DNA of 52,162 nucleotides from Octopus bimaculoides (GCF_001194135.2 NC_068982.1:77271589-77323750), one strand, 5' to 3'. Shown: positions 23,370 through 34,966, counted from the first letter of the stretch. Notes: a model not told the origin generated them from the sequence alone. Numbers and translations are program-made.

Positions 23370-24054
23370 GAGCTGGCAGAATCGTTAGCACGCCGGGAAA
23401 AGTGCTTAACGGCAATTCGTGCGTCTCTACGTCCTGAGTTCAAATACCATTGGGGTTAGCTTTGCCTTTCATCATTTTGGGGTCGATGAAATAGGTACCA
23501 GTTAAACAGTGGGGTCGATGTAACCGACTTACTCCCTCCCCTGAAATTGCTGGCCTTGTGCCAAAAGTTGAAATTATTATTATTATCCTCATGTTTTTAT
23601 GCAAGCCTTTGTGATCAATAAAAGAATTTATTATTATTATTATTGAGAGCTACGTTCTGCGTTTAAATTCCGCCGAGGTCAACCTTGCCTTTCATCTTTT
23701 CGGGGTTGATAGATTAAGTACCAGTGAAACACTGATGGATTAAGTACCAGTGAAACATGTAATCGACTTGTCCCCTCCCCCAAAATTTCAGGCCTTGTGC
23801 CTTTAGTAGAAAGGGTTATTATTATTATTGTGAGCTGGCAGAATCGTTAGCGCGGCGGGCAAAATGCTTAGCAACATTTCTTCTGACTTCTAAAGTTCTG
23901 AGTTCGTATGCGGCTAAGTCGACTTTGCCTTTCATCTGTTTTTTAGGGTCAATTAAATAAAGTACCAATCAACAAATACTGAAGTCGTTGTAATCAACCA
24001 TTCCCTTGGATTACTTGCCATATGCTAAAGTTTAAAACAATTATTATTATTATT
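23370..24054 (+). mobile_element. Three head-to-tail SINE family A copies separated by (ATT)n
   Basis: Copies at about 23370-23586, 23645-23830 (5'-truncated, with GATTAAGTACCAGTGAAACA duplicated) and 23832-24054. Confidence 0.88.
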
Positions 24055-24580
24055 GAGTGAGAGAACAGTGCATGCCATCAAAGTGACACTGGAGTAAAAT
24101 ATACGAAGCCCAGTATACGCATCACGACTATCTGTCTGATAAGGGTACACCAGGAACATGCATCACAACCGTAGGTGCGCGACATGGTGACCTCGTATCG
24201 AGATAAACAGTGCATGAACTTGCAGGTGGGGCCCAGTTAGAATTTTCTTCAGGTCGAGTAGCCAATCCCGCTCAAAAGATCCCTGAATAAGAGTTGTTTA
24301 AGTATGTTAAACGAATCACCCATGTTTCCAAAAGTGAATTATCCAAACCCCAAAGAATTTCTCTCAACACATGGCTATGATGCTCCCTCACTACTTCTGC
24401 TCGTGATCAGAGATGCACATATCGTCAGCCACTAAGGGACATGCTCAACTGGTTAAGGTCGAACAACAAGCAAATCTGTGGTATTGAGCAGAATATTTGC
24501 TGTAGCCCATCTTTTATACCAAGGCAAAACAATGTACATGATAACACTTCCAATCAGTTAAGATCAGAATCCATGAGAGC
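24055..24580. mobile_element. Repeat family E, about 525-bp ORF-less element flanked by (ATT)n
   Basis: Starts GAGTGAGAG after (ATT)n and ends CCATGAGAGC before TATACTATTATTAT; second copy at 20572. Confidence 0.75.
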
Positions 24581-24596
24581 TATACTATTATTATAT

Positions 24597-24700
24597 TGAG
24601 TACCAGGGAAACACTGAAGTCGACGTCAACTAGTTTTTTTCCCCAGAAAATTTCACGCTTTGTGCCTATAGTAGAAAGGGTTATCATTATTATTATTATT

Positions 24701-24704
<4 letters not shown>
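24597..24704 (+). mobile_element. SINE family A 3' fragment with (ATT)n then (GTT)n tail
   Basis: AGTACCAG..CACTGAAGTCGA..CTTTGTGCCTATAGTAGAAAGGG(ATT)n. Confidence 0.75.
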
Positions 24705-24745
<41 letters not shown>

Positions 24746-25950
24746 ATATATTTGGCTTTTGCTTTGTACAAGTTGACTCCCAGTTTCACCCAGAGACCTC
24801 AAGAGACAACAAGTTAGAAGTTCAAGTTAGTATTAGGACTAGGGTGCCATGTTTTTGGTCTTGCACTGAGTATTGTTCTGGAGAAAATCTGTCAAAGCAT
24901 AAGAAAATTATAAGTTTGTTTTAGAAGTTTTTAGAATTTGATGATAGTGCGATCTTAAGATGACAGTTAAAAGGTGCATGCTATTATGTACATTTAAAAG
25001 TACTTTTGGTGATGTTTACAAATTAAAATTTTGGGGAAATTACATAGACAATATTTTTCGTAAGATATGAGCAGTTCTCATGAGCACTATTTTTGGAATT
25101 TCTTCCATTTAGAGATTTCCTGGTATCCGAGATAGGTAACAAGCAGCCCCTTTTGCTATCATTCTTAGGGCACCTATGGCAACAGACATTGTTTTAGTCT
25201 TGAGGTTCCACGCTTTACCAATTTCTAATTCATGATTCTTTATATTTGCTCAGTTTTTGATAGGTCTTGACAAATGCATTTATGTCGATTGGGATAGTCA
25301 TATCGATGCGGAGGCTTGATTTTTTATTTGAAATACTTCAATATAATGTCTGGCCTATTTGCATCTATCTGTCTATCAGTTTGAACAGTGAAGTTCCAAA
25401 GGAGTGAGATGTGATAATTTTCAAGCAATGGAAGTGGTTTGTGTTCCCAACATTTTTTATCATGGGGCAGGTCTTTGAAAATTACCCAGTGATATACTGT
25501 GCCGCTCTATCATGCCTGTTGAGATACTCTGTAGGGGCAAGCAAGTAGGTTGCACGTGGAGACATGATCGATGGTTTCAGCCTATCGTTTACAGACACAA
25601 CATGTCGGGCTATAGCTGCTCTTTAAGATGTTAGCCCGGAAGCTTCTTGTAGGTAGGCATTGATCCTGAGCTGCTGTGACAAACCCCTCTGTCTCTGATT
25701 TTAAGCCAGAAGACGCAATCCATTAATGGGTAAGGGCTTTGTCAACATCAGTATTATTATCTCTTTTTGGGGTTTTGGCATTGAGAGGTTTTGCTTGTCA
25801 TTCATCAGTAAAAATATCTAAGGCAGCAGTTTTAGAAAGGGTTTTCATGCACTTAGCTTTCTCTGTGCTTGCGTCCAGTACGTCTAATTCTGTACGTCTA
25901 ATCCTGGGACTTGCTGTATTTGGAATTCACCTAGATTCAAATTATTACCA
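24746..25950 (-). mobile_element. R4/Dong-clade retrotransposon 3' 1.2 kb (zinc knuckle, restriction-like endonuclease, 3'UTR)
   Basis: Minus strand across frameshifts: SSGLKSETEGFVTAAQDQCLPTR..CCVCKR*AETIDHV..EYLNRHDRAAQY..WNFTVQTDRQIDANRPDII..QKLSKY..TAHILRKILSM*. The 3'UTR ends against (CAA)n/(TAA)n. Confidence 0.9.
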
Positions 25951-26451
25951 ACTTAATTAGCCATCCATTGAATTAACGTTTAAGTGGCAGAGTATTCCAC
26001 AGACACACGGACAATTAATGTAATTCTCAGGTGGGATCACCGTGACGTAATGTATGTACGGCTTCGTCTATCCATGTTTCCTTACAAGACTTGAGATGAC
26101 ACAAGAAAATGATGAAAGATTAATGCTGAGGTATCTATTCCGTCTCAATCACAGATTTTTAAAATTAATTATTTTGTAACTAAACAGTTTGAACTTCGAA
26201 TGCTGGTAGAATTTCTCACGTAGAACACGGTTTACTCTGAACGAGATCGAACTCCAGGTCAACGGTTTGCGAAGTGAACTTCTTAACTATTTTTGACCAA
26301 GCTGCATCCATAACTACTACAACATCTTTTTTCCCTTGAAATATCTATTCCATACTCTGTCACAACCTACCTCTCTTTTCTTTGTTTCTCCTTTCTATAC
26401 TCTTTCTCTTTTGCTCAAGCTTAAAACTTCAGTGTTTCCTTGTCAATCAGT

Positions 26452-26622
26452 ACGCACGCACACACACACACACACATGCATACACACACATGCACTCACA
26501 AACACACATACACTCACACACATACGCACGCACACACACATTCACACAACATATATACACTCACACACATACGCACGCACACATACATTCACACAACACA
26601 CATATACACTCACACACATACG

Positions 26623-26660
<38 letters not shown>
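26452..26660. repeat. CA-rich tract with a roughly 47-49-bp higher-order unit
   Basis: CACTCACACACATACGCACGCACACA..ATTCACACAAC recurs about three times. Confidence 0.8.
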
Positions 26661-26661
<1 letters not shown>

Positions 26662-27010
26662 AAAGAGAGAGAGACGTATACAAACATATATGCATACACA
26701 TTCATATATGTGTTTTATTATCTTCTCCACTTGACCTAAATCGGTTCGTACATCCCTACTCCTGTACGATTACCACCACCAACGCCACCGCCGCAACCGA
26801 CATTACTGCTGTTACCGCCGCCACTACCGTTGGCCTTGAAAGAAGAAAAGGATAGACGAGTTGACTCTTTATCAAGTCTAGGGATCACTTTACTGGTTCA
26901 TGATAGGGACATCTATTACATACACCTTGACACGAACAAAACTTCTGTGTGTAAGTGTGTGTGTGTGTGTGTGTGTGTAAAATGAATTTGATACTACTGT
27001 GTATATATTT

Positions 27011-27398
27011 ATATTCTTTTATTTCAGTATTTGATTGCGGCCATGCTAGAGCACCGCCTTTCGTCGAACAAAATGACCCCAAGACTTACTTTTTGTAAGC
27101 CTAGTGCTTATTCAGTCGGTCTCTTTTGCCGAACCGCTAAAGTTACGGGGACGTAAACACACCGGCATCGATTGTCAAGCGATGGAGGAGGGGGCAAACA
27201 CAGACAAAAACACAGATATATACATACGTATACGACGGGCTTCTTTCAGTTTCCGTCCACCGAATGCACTCGCAAGGCTTTGGTCGGCCCGAGGCTACAG
27301 GAGAAGACACTTGCCGAAGGTGCTACGCAGTGGGACTGAACTCGGAACCATGTGGTTGGGAAGCAAGCGTCTTATCACACAGCCGCTCCTGCGCCTAT
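27011..27398 (-). mobile_element. SINE family B, full length (tRNA head, CORE-like segment, 3' tail)
   Basis: Reverse complement starts ATAGGCGCAGGAGCGGCTGTGTG, has a B-box-like GAGTTCAGTCCC and GCACCTTCGGCAAGTGTC (resembling the MIR/CORE ACCTTGGGCAAGT start), and ends in an AAAAGAATAT tail. Confidence 0.88.
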
Positions 27399-27479
27399 CT
27401 ATCTATCTATCTGTCTGTCTATATATATATATATATATATATATAAGAGAAAAAAGAAAAGAAAAGAAACTTTGGATAT

Positions 27480-27507
27480 ATAGGCGCAGGAGTGGCTCTG
27501 TAGTAAG
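27480..27507 (+). mobile_element. SINE family B 5' end running into gap
   Basis: ATAGGCGCAGGAGTGGCT is near-identical to the head of the adjacent minus-strand copy. Confidence 0.75.
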
Positions 27508-27967
27508 NNNNNNNNNNNNNNNNNNNNNNNNNNNNNNNNNNNNNNNNNNNNNNNNNNNNNNNNNNNNNNNNNNNNNNNNNNNNNNNNNNNNNNNNNNNNN
27601 NNNNNNNNNNNNNNNNNNNNNNNNNNNNNNNNNNNNNNNNNNNNNNNNNNNNNNNNNNNNNNNNNNNNNNNNNNNNNNNNNNNNNNNNNNNNNNNNNNNN
27701 NNNNNNNNNNNNNNNNNNNNNNNNNNNNNNNNNNNNNNNNNNNNNNNNNNNNNNNNNNNNNNNNNNNNNNNNNNNNNNNNNNNNNNNNNNNNNNNNNNNN
27801 NNNNNNNNNNNNNNNNNNNNNNNNNNNNNNNNNNNNNNNNNNNNNNNNNNNNNNNNNNNNNNNNNNNNNNNNNNNNNNNNNNNNNNNNNNNNNNNNNNNN
27901 NNNNNNNNNNNNNNNNNNNNNNNNNNNNNNNNNNNNNNNNNNNNNNNNNNNNNNNNNNNNNNNNNNN

Positions 27968-28431
27968 TTTAAACCTCTGTAACTTTTTCCTCCAATTTTT
28001 TTTCTTCACAATTTCATACCTTCATAGCAATTAGACTGGAAAACTTTATTATTATAGCTAATTTTCAGATTTTTTTTATTGTCTTTTAAAAAAAATGCAT
28101 ATTTTGCGAATGAAAAAAACTAGATCCTAATAAAATTCTAATTGATAAATACAGATTTTTTTTACATCAAAACACGCGGGTAAAGTGAATTTCGTGGTGT
28201 GAAGAATCAACATATGCGGATAAAACACGACACATGTGGTTGTCATGGTAACAAGCTGCCAATGCCTTGCTGTCTGTTGATTGGCTAAAATTACCCAAAT
28301 TTCCGAGCTTTAATTCCAAATAACACCAGATTCTTTAATTTGCGAGATAAAGTAATTGGTTGATCGTAATCAAAATTCAGAGTTGCATCGATACACCAAA
28401 ACTGAAAGCAATCTGAGCAAAATTAAAGGGG
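27968..28431. mobile_element. Possible non-autonomous DNA transposon remnant ending TTAAAGGGG
   Basis: Terminal AATCTGAGCAAAATTAAAGGGG and an internal motif layout typical of TTAA-type non-autonomous elements; the other end lies in a gap. Confidence 0.35.
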
Positions 28432-30499
28432 GCTCATTTTACGAATGAAAAAGATTAGATCCTGCTGGAGCACCGTCGTCTCCAGGGGTACCTCTTTCTG
28501 TTTTTCATGTAATATTTGCTTTATATGTTGGAAACCGGCATCACCAGTTGGTTGGTCGGTGCTACTTTACTCTGCTCTAAATCTTCACAGATTGTTGATC
28601 CTCGGATGTAACAGAAAATAATGTTTCTATCCAGACATTCAACTTTCGTGTATTATTGTATATATTATATATTTTTATGTATATATATTACATATGGATG
28701 CATCTCTACCCTAATTACTTCTCTCTCTCTCTCTCTCTCTCCCTCTCCCTGCGTACATACACATACATACTGAAATGTTTACATACACATACATATTCAA
28801 ACAGGGTACCCCACCATCACCCAAATAAATGAACACGTATAACTTCTTCCCGACCACAACTCCTACATCGTACACCCTACATTTCTCACCCTTTTCACCT
28901 CCTCTGTTTCAGCTCACACACACACACACACACACTGACATGTGTCAGTTTCGGAGAGAACGCGATAAATTCAATTTATGAGACACTTGTAAACTTTACG
29001 CTAAAAGTACCCCCATTAGAAGTGGGGGAAGGTAAGTACCCATTTAAAGGCTAGGCAAATAAAGGTGCTCATTAAAAGTGTGTGTGTGCGAGGGATGGGG
29101 AAGGCTAAATGTATGGAACCTGTTATTTATTAGATCCCAAATTCTAAACTAACAAAATATCGTTTCTTAGGACCTTGTATTTTCTCTAACATGCTATACG
29201 GTATAACACTCTCTACCCCTTTCGATCTCTCTATTTCTTCAGCAAAATTTGGAAACATACAACAGCTTGTCGAGCTAAGAGAGAAGACATCCAACCTTTC
29301 CAACTACCAGCCTATAATATTCACCTCAGATATCTCTAAAGTAATTGTGCTCAACACTTTTTCACAAAATGACGGATATGTTTTCGGGTGGACTGGAGCA
29401 CCAAAAGCCCAACAAATTATTTTCAAAAAAAACAACAAAAAGCTAATTTTCTTCAGTTGTTTATTACCCGTATTTTCTTATATTATCCCAACTACCATGT
29501 GCTCTCTTCAGATATTTGCATAGACTAATTGCCCTCCACTATGTTAAATTTTCATGAAAATTACTTAGGACGACGAGAGCATATAATCGTTATATGTAAT
29601 AAAAGCCGATATTGGTTGGTTGGTTGGTCGATAGGTTGGTTGATTTCTCCAGTTACTCACGCTTAACATCGTATAGAGAGAGGTGGAGAGAAAGTAAAAA
29701 AGAAAAACAGACATAGGGAGGGAAGAAGAGAGAGAGAGTTAACATTGAAAAGTGCAGGATCAGTGCAAGGCATTCAATGAGTAAACAAACGCTACACAAA
29801 GTGAGAGAGAAAGAATCATAGACAGAGGAGAAGAAGAGAGAAAATATATGTGCGCGCGTGCGTGCGTGTATGTATGAAAGAGCGGGAGAGAGTATATGTC
29901 TGTGTGAGTGAGAGTGTGTGCCAACTTTTATATAAAATCAACAAGAGTAATTTTGTTTTGAATTTGTTTTTACTTTTTGAATATTGTTTTATCTAGTTTC
30001 ATTTTAAGGTAATAAATATTTTTTTGAAAGATTAGTATTCGGTACACATGTACCAAAAGATTTGATAAACACTAAATTATAATTATTTTATGTATGCTAA
30101 TTTTTCGAAATTTACTCATGGTAGTAAATATCTACTTGCAAAATTCCCCGTTATATGACGAGTAAACACTACGTAGTACATTGCACTTTTTTGCGTCATC
30201 AATTATGTTTCTGCTCATTGATATCACGATATTCCACTCGTATTTTAATCCCAACAAAGAATATTTTTAGTATGTTTGTATCTGGTTTAAACATTTTATT
30301 TCTAAGAAAAATCACGACTCCCCCTGAACACTCAACATCAGCAGCGTAGCGAAGCGATACTTTAATGGAGCGGCACTTCTGGGTCTGCTGTATAAACCAG
30401 CTCGTGGATGGGTGGGGGGAGTGGCGGAGTGATAAATTCAAAGGTTGATCCGGGCGCTCAAACTTCGCGACTTCCTCATGCCCCCTTGACATTATCTAC

Positions 30500-30950
30500 C
30501 GCTTTGTAAGTTCGCAACACCATGCTGTTCAGGTTAAGAACTTCTGTTCTGAGATGATGGAAGTTTTAGCTGATCAACTCTTCACTACCATTCACTTCTC
30601 AGTGACCATCAATTTAGTTTCTTTAAAACCAGATGTTCACGAAGCTTCGCTTATACGACGCACCAACAATCTCTTTTCTTTGAATATCTTATCGAAGGCA
30701 AAAGTTTGCATTTGAAATCAATGAAATTTATATTTGTGCCTGGTAAGAGAACCTCTCGACAAAGTTGCCTATCACTAAACTCTTCCCAACGTACATGACT
30801 TCGTATGATACACCCGACACTACTTGATCCCAATTGCCTGGGTATGAATGCTTTTCTCTGATTGTTTGTTGTTCCTTGGCAGCAAGTGTTAAATTGGTTT
30901 GTTTTCCCAAAACCTCTCTCTATCAACTCGAGTGCACCCACTTCCGACAT
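30500..30950 (-). mobile_element. Highly degenerate RTE-like reverse transcriptase fragment
   Basis: Scattered motifs on minus strand: RGFGKTNQFN, FIDFK..AFDKI, EVNG; many frameshifts. Confidence 0.45.
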
Positions 30951-31075
30951 GCTTTATTATTCCATTCTCTTTCTTTACGTCTATTTGAATGTTGCTATCA
31001 CCTACAATTGCCATACTCTGATGTTCATGGTACAGCACAACTCTTCCTTTTCTCGATGTACACAGAACAGCATTG

Positions 31076-31461
31076 AATTAAAACAGCCATCTGTGTACCA
31101 CACTTAACTTATATATCGATATAGAATTAAAAAATATGACGATGTGGCTTTTGTATGAGAGAAAAAACCCCTCATAGACTTGTATTAAAAACACAATATG
31201 TATCAGATCAAGGTAAACATCATCTTGGCGGTGAATCACGAGAATGTCAGACGTGTTTCGGCCAACTTGGGACTTGTCAATGACGTGTACTCTCTGGTCA
31301 CATGCTAAAACGAAATCAGTTCCTTCCAATATATAGTGAACAGTGACTAATACATACACTGATGTTGTGGAAAGCTTGTCGGGTTGTAATAAACCTGTTG
31401 TACGCAATTGAAACAAGGTTAAATTAAAATAGCCATCTGTATACCATACCTAACGTATATA
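31076..31461 (-). mobile_element. 346-nt unit bounded by 40-bp direct repeats, containing a hammerhead motif (retrozyme/Penelope pLTR-like)
   Basis: 31076-31115 and 31422-31461 match at 35 of 40 positions; hammerhead motif on minus strand at 31245-31285. Confidence 0.6.
31245..31285 (-). ncRNA. Minimal type I hammerhead ribozyme motif with U3-A8 core variant
   Basis: Minus strand: CGTCA-TTGACAA-GTCC-CAAGTT-GGCC-GAAA-C-AC-GTC-TGACA. Stem I GTCA/TGAC is perfect, cleavage triplet GUC, stem II has one mismatch. Confidence 0.65.
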
Positions 31462-31984
31462 CTCCACTAAAAAGCATGATGCTATGTTTTTTTTACCTGA
31501 AAGAAAATCTCTTCATAGGCATGATATGTTAGCAACAATGTTTTTCGGGGGGAAAATATTTCATTTAGGCAATTAACCAGCGGATGTACATTATTGACAA
31601 GGCTCTACAAGGCTGAAACGCGCATGACGATTTTCGCCTCGCTTCAATATATATGTTTTTAACATTTCTATGAAGTGATTTTCTCTCGAGCAAAAATCAC
31701 ATCATGTCGTGTATATACGTTAAGTATGGTACACAGATGGTTTTTCTCTTAGTTTTCCTTGTTTGTTATTGCGTATTTAATTGCAGGTAACCTCAACTCC
31801 CAGCAGGTGTGCATATTATCCGTAAATGGAGACGTCAGATTGTAAATTTTAGCTAAGTTTATAAACAGATAAATAGGTAAACAAATGAAATTCAATTTAT
31901 GTTTCCGTCAGGAGTGTGTCTTCAATGATCTGGCAGTAGCACCAATCGCAGTATTTTTGATTGATACAAGACTACAGATTTTTA

Positions 31985-32250
31985 GAGGAAATGCAAAGTC
32001 GACTTCGGCGGAATTTGAACTCAGAACGTAAATACAGACGAAATACCTCTAAGCATTTCGCCAGCTCGCTGCCTTTCGCTACCTTAATAATGATAATTTT
32101 TTCTACTAGTAAGTACAAGTCTTGAAATTTTAGGGGAGGGGGGGGTCTAGTCGATTACATCGACCTGTACTCAACTGGTACTTAGTTTATCAACGCAGGT
32201 CGGATGAATGGCAAAGCCATCCCTGGTGAAATTTTGAATTCAAGTACAAA
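31985..32250 (-). mobile_element. Two SINE family A fragments
   Basis: CAAAGTCGACTTCGGCGGAATTTGAACTCAG and an adjacent tail-containing copy. Confidence 0.8.
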
Positions 32251-32574
32251 GGAATTAAAATGAAAATAATGTCGCTCTGTCCCTGGGCCACTTCTTTGTT
32301 CTTTAATAAACTGGTGTGGCAGAAAGAATAGGATTCCAGACATGAGCATCTGGAGTTTGTAGGTCAATCCGTGGTGAGATCTGAGGAAAGGCAAAGTGAG
32401 CATGGGTGAATAGGGTATTATGGAGAAAGGATCAGATGGATGATGGAAGTGGGAGAGGGGACACGCGTCAGCTGTCAGTGTCATGTTAATGGCACTCAAG
32501 AAATGAACCTCATAAAATATATTGGTTTAAAGTTGTTTTATTACAGACTGACATTCCAAATTTATAACACCTTT

Positions 32575-33225
32575 CGAATAATAAAATTGATCGTAGTATT
32601 GGTCTCAAACTTTTGCACAAGGCCAGCAGTTTTTGAGGGGAGGTAAAGTCTATTACAGCGACCTCAGTATTTGACTGGTACTTATTTTATCGACCCCGAA
32701 AGAATGAAAAGCAAAATCGACCTCAGCGCAATTTGAACTCAAAACGTAAAGCCAAGAAAAATGCCGCGAAACATTTTGTCCGGCGAATAATAATAACAAT
32801 AATGATTTCAAGTTTTGGCACAAGGCCAGCAATTTTGGAGGAAGGGATAAATCGATTAAGTCGACTCCAGTGTTCAACAAGTAACTTATTTTATCGACCC
32901 AGAAAGGATGAAAGGCCAAGTCGACCTCGACGACATTTGAACTTAAATGTAAAGCCAGAAGAAATGTCGCTAAGCATTTTGTCCGACGCGGTAACGATTC
33001 TGTCAGCTCGCCGCCTTAATCCGTTCAAGGCCTGAAATTTTGTAGCGGGGTCGGGGAAAGTCGATTACATTGACCTCAGTGCTCTACTGGTTTATATTTC
33101 ATCGACCCTGAAACCATGAAAGGCAAAGTCGTACTCGGCGGAATTTGAACTCAAAACAAAGACGGACGAAAGGCCCCTAAACATTTTGCCCGGCGTGCTA
33201 ATGTTATGTAAGCTCGCTGCTTTAA
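32575..33225 (-). mobile_element. Three head-to-tail SINE family A copies
   Basis: The GTCGACCTC..ATTTGAACTC body repeats at about 32720, 32920 and 33130 with AAT-rich spacers. Confidence 0.88.
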
Positions 33226-34548
33226 CTAATAACAATAATAATTAAGCAATTAATTATGTAGCTGAAATAATTTTAATGATTAAAACAGTTAAGAGTATTC
33301 TTTACCGTAATTAAATGTATATTCTTAATTAAAGTATATTTTTAATAATTAAGGTAAACACTATATTTGATAAAAGGCTTTGATGTAGTCTTTTTATCCC
33401 CCATGTTGACAACTTTGATCAAACAACTTGTGATCAAAGGTCTTCTATCCGTCACCCTCTCGTCTTCTTTAGAGTATATTTAGCATTATCTAGCGTACCC
33501 TTCCTTTTTTAAGACGATATGTGAATTGAAGAAGATTTAACTGCTATTTCACGCATGTCTGGGAAATATTTTTTATAATCTTTATAAAAGTATTTCACTA
33601 TTATTATAAGGGCACTCATTATTGAGGCGGGGTGGACATAGTCAATTAAAAATTATGCCTCTGTATATTACTGGTACTTATTTCTCGACTCTGGAAAAAG
33701 AAAAGCGAAGTCCATCCTGACAGGATTCGAATTCAGATTACAAAAGGCCGGAACTAAGTACCGCCGCCTTCTCGTTTCTATCAGGTCACTGCCCTCTAGG
33801 TTTTAATCTCTAAGTTTTAGTATTAATAAAATACAGAAAACGGGTATGGTATTCTATGCTTTATCAAACATATATGCATTTCCTTAAATTACCATCAGAA
33901 TGACTCAATTGGTGTTGAAACATTAAGGCATTTCTTCTAGCTGGGCCAATTATAGAGAGAGGACCGAAAAATTAGTCTAAAATAAACAAATATTAACGTT
34001 AATGGCGGTGCTCTAGCATGGTCACAGTCTCTGGCTGAAACTAATGAAACTATAAAAGAATATATTTCCATTTTTCAATTTTCTATTTAAAGCGTACACG
34101 TGGTTTCCAAAACAAGGTTATTTGTTTGCCTGTGCATGTGTTTGTGCGTATGTGCGAACATGAGAGGACGGTCGCATAATCACCTTAGTACTAGCAGTTC
34201 TCTTTTAGCTCTGCCTACCAACTGAGATTGGTGATTAACAATGGATTAAAATATTTCCTTCTGAACAGCTGGCGTTCTAAAGTGTAACGATCACCGCACA
34301 AACACACCAGTATATGTTATTGAAACACGTGTAGCACTTACGTAATTTATGATACTATAATAAAAAGTTTAACTGAATCTCTGGTTTTATTCTGCTCTCG
34401 GATATATGACTCTATGAAGTATTCAAATGTATATAATGCCAAAGAAAAATTTCTTGAGTCTCTTAAGGAATGACTAAACGAATGCTTATTTTCAAAAGAA
34501 ATATATGTATTACCTTAAAACCAAATTAAATAAAACAATTTTCAAAAA

Positions 34549-34551
<3 letters not shown>

Positions 34552-34585
<34 letters not shown>
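34552..34585 (+). repeat. 34-nt poly(A) run preceded by AATAAA
   Basis: A run at 34552-34585; AATAAA at 34529-34534. Confidence 0.85.
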
Positions 34586-34589
<4 letters not shown>

Positions 34590-34966
34590 GAATGGGAATT
34601 TGACAGCGCCACCTCTAGCTGAACAATTATTCTGTACTGATGGAGGGAAATAACCCGGAAATCGCGATACACAGGTATTGTTCTGAGCTGAGTGAGGGTG
34701 CTAGATCCCCTTGTGAAAATATAAGGACGCAGATTGTGTCGTATAGCCAGCTGGAGACGATGTCTCCTGAGGCTAAATCACAGCAACATTCGTCCTAAAC
34801 CAGGACTGCCATGTTATGTTGGCAAACAAATTTTACTCCAAAGTACTGTTGCTGAATATCACTCGTTGTAAGATTTACAAATAGAAATAGTAATTTTCTA
34901 AAAAATTAATCGTTTTTACATTTTACGCAAACATTTTCAGCCATCTTCTTTCTCATATATATATAT

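Noticed and set aside
27104-27982. 292-aa + strand ORF
   Set aside because: Antisense reading of SINE B continuing into an N gap.
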